From IMG/VR virus record IMGVR_UViG_3300025158_000018: a stretch of 64,000 bases of DNA; one strand, 5' to 3'. The notes below the pieces were generated by a model that was not told the DNA's origin, made no database searches, and was given only the letters and a program-made list of their open reading frames with translations. Every line of letters begins with the position of its first letter. Position 1 is the first letter of the stretch. Position numbers and translations under genes: made by a program. The stretch comes from a virus. Positions 1 through 9,192 of this stretch are shown here, one piece after another.

Positions 1-185
1 TCAAAAATATCCAGAGAATAAACAGGAAAATATTAATGAAAATGAGAGCCAGAAAGATATTGAACCACCAAAACAAGAATGACAACATTATATGGAGACG
101 AATAAAAGCGACAGCAGTAATGCTGTCGTTAGTGTATTGTATCTATCTGTTGACAAGCGGACAACTTATGTGGTAGTATTATCAC

Positions 186-356
186 ATGGAAAACGAAAAC
201 ACACCAAATCTTAACCGGATTCTCAATACCGGAGACAACCTGTTGGGTGTCGGGATGAGCGGCCTCGGCTGTTTCACGGTAATGTTTTTTCTTGTATGGC
301 CGTTTCTGGCTGTTGTTTATCTGATTGGCACTAAATTTTTCGGACTACCGGGGTAA
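186..356 (+). CDS. small hydrophobic (membrane) protein, 56 aa
   Basis: ATG..TAA ORF with TTGACA-17-TAGTAT-like promoter upstream; hydrophobic core; below the six-frame track length cutoff. Confidence 0.3.
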   Translation: MENENTPNLNRILNTGDNLLGVGMSGLGCFTVMFFLVWPFLAVVYLIGTKFFGLPG

Positions 357-362
357 TAAAAA

Positions 363-1559
363 ATGGCAACATTTGAAGTCAGAGTTGTACAAGTCACGAT
401 CCAGCCGCACAATAATGCGGATGCACTTGAAATTGCAAACATCAAAGGGTACCAGTCTATCGTCCGCAAGGGGCAATTTCAGACCGGTGACCTAGCCGTG
501 TATATCCCAGAACAATCTATCGTCCCCGAGTGGCTCCTACGCCGTCTCAACCTATGGGATGATGAGAAGGGTAAGGGTAAGCTTGCAGGATCAAATGGAG
601 ATCGTGTCAAGGCCGTGAAGCTCAGGGGAATTGTAAGCCAAGGTCTCCTATACGGTTTGGATTACCTCTATGACGGTCTGGTAGACCTTCCATATTGGGG
701 AATGACTCTCGAAGATGATTCAATACTCAAGGTAGAATTGAGTTCTGAAGTTAGCTCTGATCTTGGTATCACCAAATGGGAACCACCCATTCCTACTCAA
801 ATGGCTGGGGAAGTTTGCAATCTCCATGGTTATACCTTGAAATACGACATAGAAAACATCAAAAACCATCCGGAAGTCGTTGATTATCTTATAAAAAACG
901 ACGTAAAAGTCCAGATTACAGAAAAGCTGCATGGAACTTGGGCCTGTATTGGATTCTACCCAGAAACCATTCACCCTGAAATATTCGGTAACGGTAATGT
1001 TGTTATTACCTCGAAGGGTCTTTCTGGTAAAGGTTTAGCTTTCAAAAATGTACCAAACAACGGCTCCAATCTGTATGTTCGAGCATATCGAGATATCTTT
1101 GCCGACAACCTTGATGGAGTTGGCCTTGATTGTCTGGTTGGTCATCCGGGCGAACCAGTATTCTTTCTTGGAGAGATTTTCGGTAAGGGGGTTCAAGACC
1201 TGACGTATGGTTTCAATGAGGTTCAATATAGACTGTTCGATATCTTCGTGGGTGGTCCCCGTGGAATCGATGGTGGTAGATACCTTTCACCAATGGAAAT
1301 CGAAAATCTTACAGAACTGTTCGCGAAACTTCCGAAACTGTCTAACGTTCCTGTTCTATATGAAGGACCGTTGACCTGTGAAGTCATTGCAGAGTACACT
1401 GACGGAATGGACACTCTGAATGGTCAAAATATTCGAGAAGGGATTATTATCAAACCGCATGATGATCCGTTTCTTTCTTTTGTAGAAGTGGGTCGTCCTA
1501 TTCTGAAGTCTGTGTCTGAAGCGTATCTTCTTCGAAAGAGTGGCACGGAATATAATTGA
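363..1559 (+). CDS. RNA ligase: N-terminal tRNA-binding OB-fold (Myf/Trbp111/CsaA-like) fused to a covalent nucleotidyltransferase ligase domain (Rnl2/Rnl5-like)
   Basis: N-term VRVVQV..HNNADAL..VKAVKLRGIVSQGLL matches tRNA_bind OB-fold signature; C-term ligase motifs I KLHGT, III FFLGEIFG, IV LFDI, V EGIIIKP. Confidence 0.75.
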   Translation: MATFEVRVVQVTIQPHNNADALEIANIKGYQSIVRKGQFQTGDLAVYIPEQSIVPEWLLRRLNLWDDEKGKGKLAGSNGDRVKAVKLRGIVSQGLLYGLDYLYDGLVDLPYWGMTLEDDSILKVELSSEVSSDLGITKWEPPIPTQMAGEVCNLHGYTLKYDIENIKNHPEVVDYLIKNDVKVQITEKLHGTWACIGFYPETIHPEIFGNGNVVITSKGLSGKGLAFKNVPNNGSNLYVRAYRDIFADNLDGVGLDCLVGHPGEPVFFLGEIFGKGVQDLTYGFNEVQYRLFDIFVGGPRGIDGGRYLSPMEIENLTELFAKLPKLSNVPVLYEGPLTCEVIAEYTDGMDTLNGQNIREGIIIKPHDDPFLSFVEVGRPILKSVSEAYLLRKSGTEYN

Positions 1560-1561
1560 TT

Positions 1562-1852
1562 ATGAAAGCACCTCCTACATTCACATGCATGCATAAACAA
1601 TGGGAAATTCGTTATAAAAAAATACCAGACGAGGGGTGGTACTTTTTTGTGTATTATACCAAAAGGTCTAGCTATGGCGCATCCAAAAAAGTAGAAATTA
1701 TGAAAATTCCTTCGAGATTGGCCGTCGGGAATGTAACTCTGTTTCCCCCGTATTGGATACTCAAGGACATCGAAGATTTTCAATCTGTTGACAGATTGTA
1801 CGAATTTGTAGATAAATGTCGGAAATACGATTGCTGGTTGGACTCGAAATGA
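1562..1852 (+). CDS. hypothetical protein
   Basis: ORF between the two ligase genes; ATG 4 nt after upstream stop. Confidence 0.35.
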   Translation: MKAPPTFTCMHKQWEIRYKKIPDEGWYFFVYYTKRSSYGASKKVEIMKIPSRLAVGNVTLFPPYWILKDIEDFQSVDRLYEFVDKCRKYDCWLDSK

Positions 1853-2118
1853 ACCTCCTACCACGCTCGCCGGTCTGGGTCATTGTCGAAGCGCTCGGTG
1901 ATCATAGAACAGAGCGCTCCTTTATTCGGATTACCCAAAGCAGTGGTTATGTAAACGGTCAAACTTTTCTTGACTGCTCTAAATGGGATAGTTTAGAAAA
2001 AGCTAAGACCGCACTTAACAGCCTCAAGAAAGAAAAACTGGTGCTCTATAGAGTTGATGAAATGGAAAATGGCTCTGATCGTCTATTCTTGAAATTGACA
2101 AGAGACCCTTCTACTTGA
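1816..2118 (+). CDS. hypothetical protein
   Basis: six-frame ORF, same strand as flanking genes. Confidence 0.35.
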   Translation: MSEIRLLVGLEMNLLPRSPVWVIVEALGDHRTERSFIRITQSSGYVNGQTFLDCSKWDSLEKAKTALNSLKKEKLVLYRVDEMENGSDRLFLKLTRDPST

Positions 2119-2149
2119 CTTTAATTTTTCCCGATGGTACAATTCTCCA

Positions 2150-3301
2150 ATGAAAAATCTATATGAACAACTAAATTGTTTGGCCCACGACGAAAATTCC
2201 CCATTCTATCGCGTGACCCACGTTGGTCCGCATGATGGGGCAGAATATCATGTCTTCTCGTATCATATTGGCTCCTATCAAGATTTTTGTCAAGATGGGG
2301 CACTGGAATGTCGTGGAACCATGTTCCGAATCGAAGAAAATGGTCCGGTACTGGTGTCTCTGCCGTTTTCCAAGTTCTTCAATTATAAAGAAAATCCTTT
2401 CACTATGGATTTGAATCTGTCAGCAGAAAATGTTGATTATGTGACAACCAAAGAAGACGGTTCACTGATTTCAACGTATCTGACTGCGGATGGGCGTCTA
2501 GCCCTGAAGTCCAAAACATCATTGACTTCTTCAATGGCGGTAGAAGCAGAAGCATTGCTTAAAACTATCGAACCTGTAGTCGGTTCTGAATTGGCTCTGT
2601 GTGATGCATGTTGCCTACTCGAACTACAAGGGTTCACTGTCATTATGGAGTATGTGTCCCCAGCCAACCGTATTGTCTTGCCGTACGATGCTTCAAACCT
2701 TGTTGTGCTTGGAGTACGGAAGCGGAACACTGGTGAACTTATGTCGTTCGAGGAAATGAATCATTACCTCGGTCCTTACCTTGTCAAGAATCATGTTCCA
2801 GACATCTACGATTTTGACGAGTTCTTTTCTTCAGTTCCACGAATGAAAGGAATCGAAGGATTTGTTGTACGTTTGAAAGATGGAATTATGTTCAAAATGA
2901 AGACCGACGAATACGTGGCTTTGCATCATGCCAAGGATTCTGTTCGTTCACCACGCAGGTTGATGGAAGTGGTTCTCGAAGAAGCTTCTGATGATATCCG
3001 ACAGATGTTCGCAGATGATCCTCAAGCTTTGGCAGAAATCGACAACATGGAACGATATGTAACTCATCTTGTGGCTCATTTGACTAAACCTGTTGATGAG
3101 TTCTGGGAAGCTAATCAGCATTTGGAGCGTAAAGACTTCGCTATCAAAGCACAGCAGGAACTTGATCGTAAACAGTTCTCGATTGCAATGGGTCGATACT
3201 GTGGCAAGGAGATCGACTACAAAGCTCTTGTGAAGAAGAACCATCAAGAGTTCTTGAGAGATTATCAAACAACTCTGGTGGAGTCCACAGAACAAAACTG
3301 A
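2150..3301 (+). CDS. rnlA: RNA ligase 1 (T4 RnlA family)
   Basis: Collinear similarity to T4 Rnl1 as recalled: ALECRG.MF, KFFN..ENPFTM, motif I TKEDGSLIS, NRIVL, EGFVV. Confidence 0.9.
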   Translation: MKNLYEQLNCLAHDENSPFYRVTHVGPHDGAEYHVFSYHIGSYQDFCQDGALECRGTMFRIEENGPVLVSLPFSKFFNYKENPFTMDLNLSAENVDYVTTKEDGSLISTYLTADGRLALKSKTSLTSSMAVEAEALLKTIEPVVGSELALCDACCLLELQGFTVIMEYVSPANRIVLPYDASNLVVLGVRKRNTGELMSFEEMNHYLGPYLVKNHVPDIYDFDEFFSSVPRMKGIEGFVVRLKDGIMFKMKTDEYVALHHAKDSVRSPRRLMEVVLEEASDDIRQMFADDPQALAEIDNMERYVTHLVAHLTKPVDEFWEANQHLERKDFAIKAQQELDRKQFSIAMGRYCGKEIDYKALVKKNHQEFLRDYQTTLVESTEQN

Positions 3302-3317
3302 TTAGCGATGATAAAAA

Positions 3318-3346
3318 TAAACCCCTTCAATTGAAGGGGTTTTTGT
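3318..3346 (+). terminator. rho-independent terminator after rnlA
   Basis: hairpin aaccccttcaa/ttgaaggggtt followed by TTTTTG. Confidence 0.6.
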
Positions 3347-3377
3347 TGGGCCTTTCTTTGTAAGGCTTTTTTGTTGT

Positions 3378-3455
3378 TGGGGTGATCGACGGGACTTGAA
3401 CCCGCAAGTACCTGATTCACAGTCAGGCGTGTCTACCAATTCCACCACGACCACC
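3378..3455 (-). tRNA. tRNA-His (anticodon GTG), with extra 5' G pairing discriminator C
   Basis: hand-folded cloverleaf: 8-bp acceptor incl. G-1:C73, GTG anticodon, TTCAAGT T-loop, encoded CCA. Confidence 0.8.
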
Positions 3456-3619
3456 ATAGGTGAAGATCTATCGCGACATAAATGGCGACATGATGTCGCG
3501 ATCCGCGAAACTCTTCAAAACCCAGTTACAAAGTCTGGGGACTGCATCTCGTTCAGTCTGCTCAACTTCACGTGCTCCGTTGTTTTAAGACGCTTTGCAT
3601 CCCTTCTATATCGTTGATT

Positions 3620-3694
3620 TGGTAGCGAAGAGCGGAATCGAACCGCTGACCGAAGGGTTATGAGCCGATCCATCTACCACTGATTGTACTTCGC
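3620..3694 (-). tRNA. tRNA-Met-like (anticodon CAT), possibly degenerate
   Basis: 76-nt cloverleaf frame with CTCATAA loop, canonical T-arm and CCA, but 1-72 T.T mismatch and two mismatches in anticodon stem. Confidence 0.5.
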
Positions 3695-3740
3695 AATAGT
3701 TCAGTTTATTTATTTATTATAGAGCTTTATTTTTATTATG

Positions 3741-4370
3741 TCAAGCGTTTTTTCTTCCGAACGTTGAAGTCTGTGAATGACAGTTAGGGCACAACAATCT
3801 AAGATTTTCTAACCTGTTGTCGTTTCTAATTCCATTAATATGATCTACCTGAAAAACTATTTTTTCTTGATTCCAAGAAGTTATGCCACACCCAGAACAT
3901 TCATTTTTTACTTTCTTTTTGAACCTAGTGCGTAATGTCGCTTGAGACACGTCTGATTCCTCACAAAAAACATCTTCATCAGTCCTCGTCACGCGACCTC
4001 TTTTTCGTGCGCTCCTAGTAAAATGAGAGACATCTATTTGATAATGGTCTAATAACTTTTTTATTGACTTGTAATTTCCACCTCTGTCAGCCAACCCTAG
4101 GCCTCGTAGTACATCCCTGAGAGAATCAGATTCAAATACTATATCTTCGACCATATCTTTTCCATATTTTTTTATGGTAGAATAGCCGAACTTAAAATGA
4201 GAGACGTTTAACTTTGTATCCTCTATGAAAGAGGTTAAATAATGTTTAGCGTGAGAATTTTTAGAAGAAATTTTCAGTCTCCTTAACACCTCAGACTTTG
4301 AGTTAGATTTTTTTATAATTTCTCTTAAAGCATCTTCATTCAACATTCTCAATTCTTTAATACCGGCCAT
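3741..4370 (-). CDS. HNH homing-type endonuclease with tandem N-terminal helical DNA-binding repeats
   Basis: C-term CSGCG..QVDHINGIRNDNRLENLRLLCPNCH HNH motif; repeated ..VSHF modules N-terminal; TATAAATA 18 nt upstream. Confidence 0.7.
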   Translation of the reverse strand: MAGIKELRMLNEDALREIIKKSNSKSEVLRRLKISSKNSHAKHYLTSFIEDTKLNVSHFKFGYSTIKKYGKDMVEDIVFESDSLRDVLRGLGLADRGGNYKSIKKLLDHYQIDVSHFTRSARKRGRVTRTDEDVFCEESDVSQATLRTRFKKKVKNECSGCGITSWNQEKIVFQVDHINGIRNDNRLENLRLLCPNCHSQTSTFGRKNA

Positions 4371-4441
4371 ACTTTCAAATTTATTTACTACTATTTATAT
4401 GAAATAAATCGGTCTGTAAATAAATCAAATGGTCGGTAGTT

Positions 4442-4480
4442 AATGATAAAAATAGACCCCACGTTTTGCAGGGTCTATTA
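4442..4480 (-). terminator. hairpin terminator downstream of tRNA-Pro
   Basis: tagaccc..gggtcta stem followed by T-run on minus strand. Confidence 0.5.
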
Positions 4481-4485
4481 AATAT

Positions 4486-4561
4486 TGGTCGGGGTTGCAG
4501 GATTTGAACCTACGTCTCCGCCTCCCAAAGGCGGTGCTAAACCAAGCTCAGCTAAACCCCG
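4486..4561 (-). tRNA. tRNA-Pro (TGG)
   Basis: perfect acceptor cggggtt/aaccccg, anticodon stem ccgcc/ggcgg, loop ttTGGga, T-loop TTCAAAT, CCA. Confidence 0.85.
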
Positions 4562-4686
4562 TATATTTAAAAATTAGTGATCTACGGAACTTGTAAGGCG
4601 ATCAACCCTTACCTCTATGCGTTCCATACACGCCGCTGTCAATATTATTGTGAAGGCGTCAGACAGCGAATTAAGCTTTCACAATT

Positions 4687-4772
4687 TGGTGGGTGTAGCT
4701 GGATTCGAACCAACACGCACAAAGGCACCGGGGTTACAGTCCGGGGGGGATACCAGTTTCCCCATTACACCC
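4687..4772 (-). tRNA. tRNA-Tyr (GTA), type II with long variable arm
   Basis: acceptor gggtgta/tacaccc, loop ctGTAac, 14-nt variable arm, T-loop TTCGAAT, CCA; palindromic TATAAATA 17 nt upstream. Confidence 0.7.
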
Positions 4773-4942
4773 AAATCTTCAACTTACGATAATTGTACAG
4801 CTATTTATAGCTAATGTCAAGTCCAGAGCATACATTTGCATCTCTGTAGTAGATTTAATTAATTCTCGGAAATGTCTGGCCCTGCTACAACATCTTGAGT
4901 AATACTCATTACCCAGCCCTCCGATGAATCACGATAAATCTA

Positions 4943-5335
4943 TTACGAGCGTGTCTGGTTACAGCAATTTTGTTTGGCTTGGGTATCTCGTAGTACATTT
5001 TTTCTCCTACCACTATATTCTGGAATGTATTTTCTAAATCTAAGAGATGCCGTCATTGGAACAATGTTGTTCTCACGACAGAAGTGCCTCAAAGAAGTGT
5101 ATTTACCCGAAGTAAATTCAGTATACCACTCTCTGGTCTCTTCATCCAGACCTTCAGTTTTCAATTTTGAAAAAATTGAAGACAAATGCTCAGATTTGCA
5201 TCTCATCCTACAGAACTTGGATTGTGGGCCTAGCCAATCATCCTTCTTGCGAACAATGGGAGACCCGCAACGGATGCAAGATTTGTATCTAGCACCCATT
5301 AAGATTCTTCCACGGATTGTTTTTTCAAAACCCAC
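4943..5335 (-). CDS. hypothetical Cys-rich (zinc-finger-like) protein
   Basis: CIRCGSP..CRMRC motifs; overlaps next gene by 37 nt. Confidence 0.35.
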   Translation of the reverse strand: MGFEKTIRGRILMGARYKSCIRCGSPIVRKKDDWLGPQSKFCRMRCKSEHLSSIFSKLKTEGLDEETREWYTEFTSGKYTSLRHFCRENNIVPMTASLRFRKYIPEYSGRRKNVLRDTQAKQNCCNQTRS

Positions 5336-5883
5336 TGTTCCATGTATTCAGTCAAACAATAATCAGATTCATATCCAATGATGTCGTCTTCAACCCAATT
5401 ACGCTTTCCCCTGAGGCGGTTGATTGCTCGATACGCAATGTTCGGAGTAAGACCGGTGTCATTGGGAGTGTGAACAAAATTTTCTCTCTGCCAATACAAC
5501 ATGTCAGAGTCATCGTCCAAAATCAAATATTCATTGAACCACAGGCCATGATCCTTGTTGGTGTCAATCCATTTCGAGATTTCTTGACCCCGAACACCAG
5601 AATCTAGCACTGGAGTATAATCCAGAATAGGATACCTAAGACCCTTGTTTTGAAGGATAACAGTCAATTCCTCAATGGAAAAACACATCCTCCAAGAAGA
5701 ACTGACAACCACCTGCGCACCAGATACTTCTAGCATCTTGTTCAATATGCTGACAGAAACCGGGTTGATGGCATCCATACGTTCTTCTGATTGGATAGCG
5801 TATTGTGGGGTGTTCAACACCCCATCAATGTCAAGAAAAATGATCTTGCTGTCAATGTTTAACTTGTGTTTAGATGGATTCAT
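5299..5883 (-). CDS. HAD-superfamily phosphatase
   Basis: motif I FLDIDGVLN, motif II SSSW, motif IV LDDDSD. Confidence 0.6.
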   Translation of the reverse strand: MNPSKHKLNIDSKIIFLDIDGVLNTPQYAIQSEERMDAINPVSVSILNKMLEVSGAQVVVSSSWRMCFSIEELTVILQNKGLRYPILDYTPVLDSGVRGQEISKWIDTNKDHGLWFNEYLILDDDSDMLYWQRENFVHTPNDTGLTPNIAYRAINRLRGKRNWVEDDIIGYESDYCLTEYMEQWVLKKQSVEES

Positions 5884-5884
5884 T

Positions 5885-6235
5885 TTACCAATCCATCTTC
5901 TTGAAATTTGGAAAAGTTAATTCAGCTTCAACTGTTTCCACTTCCCCATTTTGGATTCGAGCCTTCCACATGTCCCCATTCTCTTCACCCTCACCATGGA
6001 TTTCGATACGAAGATGGGGAAATGTACGACTGAATTCAATCAACTCAGATTCCCACATATACCACATAATATCGTCCGTTTCAAAAGCCAATAACTTCTT
6101 TCCAGTACGACCAGAAAGAGTAATATCGACGGGATAGCAGCTGACTGCCTTTTTAAGCTTAAATTGAGCAAACTCTGCCTCGTCAGCGTCATTAAATCCA
6201 GTAACTGTTACTTCGTATGAGGTGTAATATCCCAC
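5885..6235 (-). CDS. hypothetical protein
   Basis: ORF abutting upstream gene. Confidence 0.45.
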   Translation of the reverse strand: MGYYTSYEVTVTGFNDADEAEFAQFKLKKAVSCYPVDITLSGRTGKKLLAFETDDIMWYMWESELIEFSRTFPHLRIEIHGEGEENGDMWKARIQNGEVETVEAELTFPNFKKMDW

Positions 6236-6343
6236 AATAACTCTCCTTAATGTTGTTATACGATCAATATACCACAGATAAACAGGTTTGTAAAGATAAA
6301 GAATTGTTGTTTGTTTGTAAATGTAAGAATTGTAAAGAAAAAT

Positions 6344-6565
6344 TTACCTTTTTTCGGCTTTTTCGAGTCTGTCATAGTAATCGGGGAATTCGTTGAGATG
6401 GTCCAGAGCAATCTCTCTAGCGACTTGTTTGTCTGTGGTATGCTCTAGCTCTACTTTAATTCCCTTGACAAGCTGAGATTCGATCTTAGACAGAGCTACG
6501 CCATGTTTTGTTGCGATATCTTTGGGTGAAGGGGTTTTAACGTCTAGGAGTTTTTCTAAAAGCAT
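6344..6565 (-). CDS. hypothetical protein
   Basis: ORF with TATAAATA late-promoter motif ~22 nt upstream (6590-6597, minus). Confidence 0.45.
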   Translation of the reverse strand: MLLEKLLDVKTPSPKDIATKHGVALSKIESQLVKGIKVELEHTTDKQVAREIALDHLNEFPDYYDRLEKAEKR

Positions 6566-6600
6566 GACAGGATAGTGTTTGTTGTATCCTATTTATAGTT

Positions 6601-6685
6601 TGGTACCCGAGGTGGGACTCGAACCCACAACCCTTAAAGGGAGCAGATTTTAAGTCTGCCGCGTATGCCGTTCCGCCACTCGGGC
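6601..6685 (-). tRNA. tRNA-Leu (TAA)
   Basis: anticodon stem gcaga/tctgc, loop ctTAAaa, long variable arm, T-loop TTCGAGT, CCA. Confidence 0.85.
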
Positions 6686-6789
6686 CATAAAACGAAAGAG
6701 TCTCAAACGCATACCTAACTCCTCATGCCGCGACACCCTCGGCGGTTTTCTCGCCGAATGAAACGGCGAAGACTGCGTTTTTTGTCAAA

Positions 6790-6993
6790 TTACTCGTTAT
6801 ACTCTGTTCCGTATTTATCAAGAAGCTTTTTGAGAAGTTCTCGTTCTTCCTGTTCTTTCAATTCTGCTTCCGCTTTTTTCCTCTCCGCTTCTTTGAGTTT
6901 ACGCGCTTCAGCCTTTCTTTTACGTTCTCCAGCCTTTCTTTTACGTTCTTCATCTTTCATCTTTCTAGCTTGAAACTCTTCATCAGTTTCCAA
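6790..6993 (-). CDS. hypothetical K/E-rich coiled-coil protein
   Basis: ORF; underlying DNA has a 24-nt tandem duplication. Confidence 0.35.
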   Translation of the reverse strand: METDEEFQARKMKDEERKRKAGERKRKAEARKLKEAERKKAEAELKEQEERELLKKLLDKYGTEYNE

Positions 6994-7249
6994 GCGTTCA
7001 TATTCTATCGTAAAAGTATAATAATATCCGTCATAATCATCAACAACGACAACAGATAGAAAAGCAGACTCCCCATAATTTTCAATCAGATCATCTATAT
7101 TTTTTCTTAATTCCGAAAGAGTATTATACTCAATCAGACTCGAACAAATGTCCTTTTTTCCTTAACGATGATCTTTTTCATTTATAGGACTCCGGTTTGA
7201 TTTAACGCTAATGTACCAAAAGAACGATATGATGTCAAGTTTTAAATTT

Positions 7250-7335
7250 GGTGCCCCCGGTAGGACTCGAACCTACACACTGTTTCCAGCAAGAGCTTTT
7301 GAGACTCCCGTGTCTACCAATTCCACCACAAGGGC
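7250..7335 (-). tRNA. tRNA-Leu (CAA)
   Basis: acceptor gcccttg/cgggggc (2 GU), loop ctCAAaa, long variable arm, T-loop TTCGAGT, CCA. Confidence 0.75.
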
Positions 7336-7604
7336 AATGTTCGTGAGTTCCGCAGCTAGTATCCCCACTAGGACTAATTTCGCTTTCAACTCTAGCACTG
7401 TCGTTTTTTACCATCAAACGATTAGGTCATGTTAAACAAGGCAACACATGAATTGCACCTTTATTCGACAGCTTTTTCTTTCTTCGAATGTACCCGGCCT
7501 AGTCCTGTACACTCAAGAGTAGCTTACACTCTTTCCAGTCTTCTGGCGACTGGTCTGCCAAATCACCACACCTAAAATATAAGTGCTGAGCTAGGTTTTT
7601 AATT

Positions 7605-7689
7605 TGGTGCCCCCGGTAGGACTCGAACCTACACGCCTCTCGGCAATAGCTTCTAAGGCTATCGTGTCTACCAATTCCACCACAGGGGC
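7605..7689 (-). tRNA. tRNA-Leu (TAG)
   Basis: anticodon stem atagc/gctat, loop ctTAGaa, long variable arm, T-loop TTCGAGT, CCA. Confidence 0.8.
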
Positions 7690-7728
7690 TTTGATTTCAA
7701 ACAATTATATCAGTATATATCACAGTTG

Positions 7729-8109
7729 TCAAGTTTTATTTCGGAATCGAAGCTCATTTAACATAGCCTCTCTCACAATCTCTCCCATGTAGAAACATTC
7801 TTCCAGACATGCTCTAATATGTTCTGAAGACATATCTTTCAACTTCACATAAGTTAAGGGTTGGTCCCCATTCTTACCGTAAGTTCCCCATGTCAATGCC
7901 TCTCTGATTACCTCGTGAGGTTCGTCAGAATAAACATTGAGGTCTATTTCATCACCGTTGGCGCTTCTTCTAGCATAATCCAAACCACCATCAACAATAT
8001 ATGTTTTACCATTGGTTGAGTCCACATACTCGATATAGTCGTGTACATGTCGGCTTTCGAGCACCATGCCATCCGGGGTTTGAATCGCGTTTCGAATAAG
8101 TGTTCTCAT
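7729..8109 (-). CDS. hypothetical protein
   Basis: ORF; 4-nt overlap with next gene. Confidence 0.45.
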   Translation of the reverse strand: MRTLIRNAIQTPDGMVLESRHVHDYIEYVDSTNGKTYIVDGGLDYARRSANGDEIDLNVYSDEPHEVIREALTWGTYGKNGDQPLTYVKLKDMSSEHIRACLEECFYMGEIVREAMLNELRFRNKT

Positions 8110-9131
8110 ATTTCCATCAGCCTTGACATGAATCCTTTCATGGGCCGCTCAGACCCAAAGAAGAAACTACGTCCCTTGTGGGAGCCTTGTCGGAGTCTGG
8201 TATATACGCTGGATAGCTTGTCTATGTTTATTCTGTTGAAAGACATGATTTCATTCCCAGAAGAATCATAAACGCCAGCAGGACCATCCGAAGATTTGAA
8301 CAAAAATCCATCTTGTTCATATTTCCTCGATTCCGACTTCAATAGAGTAAACATCTTGTCGTCATCACCTTCATTTCCCACCACCATGATAGAAGTTTCT
8401 TCTTCATGTGATTCTTTGTCTGTGCCTTGATTTTCAACCCAAGCACCATCAACCCACACAAACCCGAACCCTGCATTACGCAACGACGAAGCCAATTTCT
8501 GATTGGCCGAAATGTTATCTTTCATCGTTCTTTCGCCACGAAACGCAGTAATAATACCAACAGGTTTATTGCTGGTAAAATGATTGTAAACGCGAGACAA
8601 TTTGACCTCGTTGATCATTTCCAAATCTGGTTGTTCTTGAATTGTGGATTCTTTAAGAAATTCTAATGTCATCGCCTCGTCTCCATGACTTTCGTCCAAC
8701 CGATCATTAAGTATATCAGGTGGTTCAACAGTTTGCAAGCGATCTGATTTAATTTCCAGAATTTTCAAATCTACATACGTTCCCATTGTGTTATTGCTGG
8801 TAAAAGTATGGACCCAATTCTTCAAAATTTGTTTGGTTTTTGGTGTTAGAGACCAAAGAGTGACAGACCAGTAGTTCCTATAGTTTCTGACTCGAATCCA
8901 TCCACGCTGTAAGACCAGAGTGATAAGCTCTTCCCGAGCATTGCCCTCTTGATTGTAATTCTCCCCGTGTTTATCATACAAATTCTTAACAAACTCGGAA
9001 GAAACCCCAAATTTGGTTGGGTTTTCAATGACAGTGTGGGAATGCCTTCCGGTTTTGATGATGTCTCCTGTAGGACCTATCCAAAGACCAAGGTTTATAG
9101 GATTCATTTGTTTCAGTTCGGCAAGTTTCAT
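8106..9131 (-). CDS. hypothetical protein (341 aa)
   Basis: long ORF, no motif recognised. Confidence 0.5.
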   Translation of the reverse strand: MKLAELKQMNPINLGLWIGPTGDIIKTGRHSHTVIENPTKFGVSSEFVKNLYDKHGENYNQEGNAREELITLVLQRGWIRVRNYRNYWSVTLWSLTPKTKQILKNWVHTFTSNNTMGTYVDLKILEIKSDRLQTVEPPDILNDRLDESHGDEAMTLEFLKESTIQEQPDLEMINEVKLSRVYNHFTSNKPVGIITAFRGERTMKDNISANQKLASSLRNAGFGFVWVDGAWVENQGTDKESHEEETSIMVVGNEGDDDKMFTLLKSESRKYEQDGFLFKSSDGPAGVYDSSGNEIMSFNRINIDKLSSVYTRLRQGSHKGRSFFFGSERPMKGFMSRLMEI

Positions 9132-9192
9132 GGAAGTGATATACTCGTATTGATCAATTTATTTATACAGTCTTCCTCGGCGTTCCACCTCA

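Noticed and set aside
4562-4687. Second tRNA-like minihelix between tRNA-Pro and tRNA-Tyr (nested ggaac/gttcc and gtaagg/ccttac stems)
   Set aside because: The loop is not T-loop-like (GTTGATCG, 8 nt). It is more likely a processing or spacer hairpin.
3396-4814. Six-frame ORFs 3396..3617, 4577..4792 and 4617..4814 (also 7211..7435, 7604..7792, 17629..17823)
   Set aside because: They lie on the opposite strand across tRNA genes and their processing hairpins, so they are spurious.
6725-6973. Plus-strand Ser/Arg/Leu-rich ORF
   Set aside because: Mirror-image low-complexity translation of the K/E-rich minus-strand ORF over a tandem DNA duplication.
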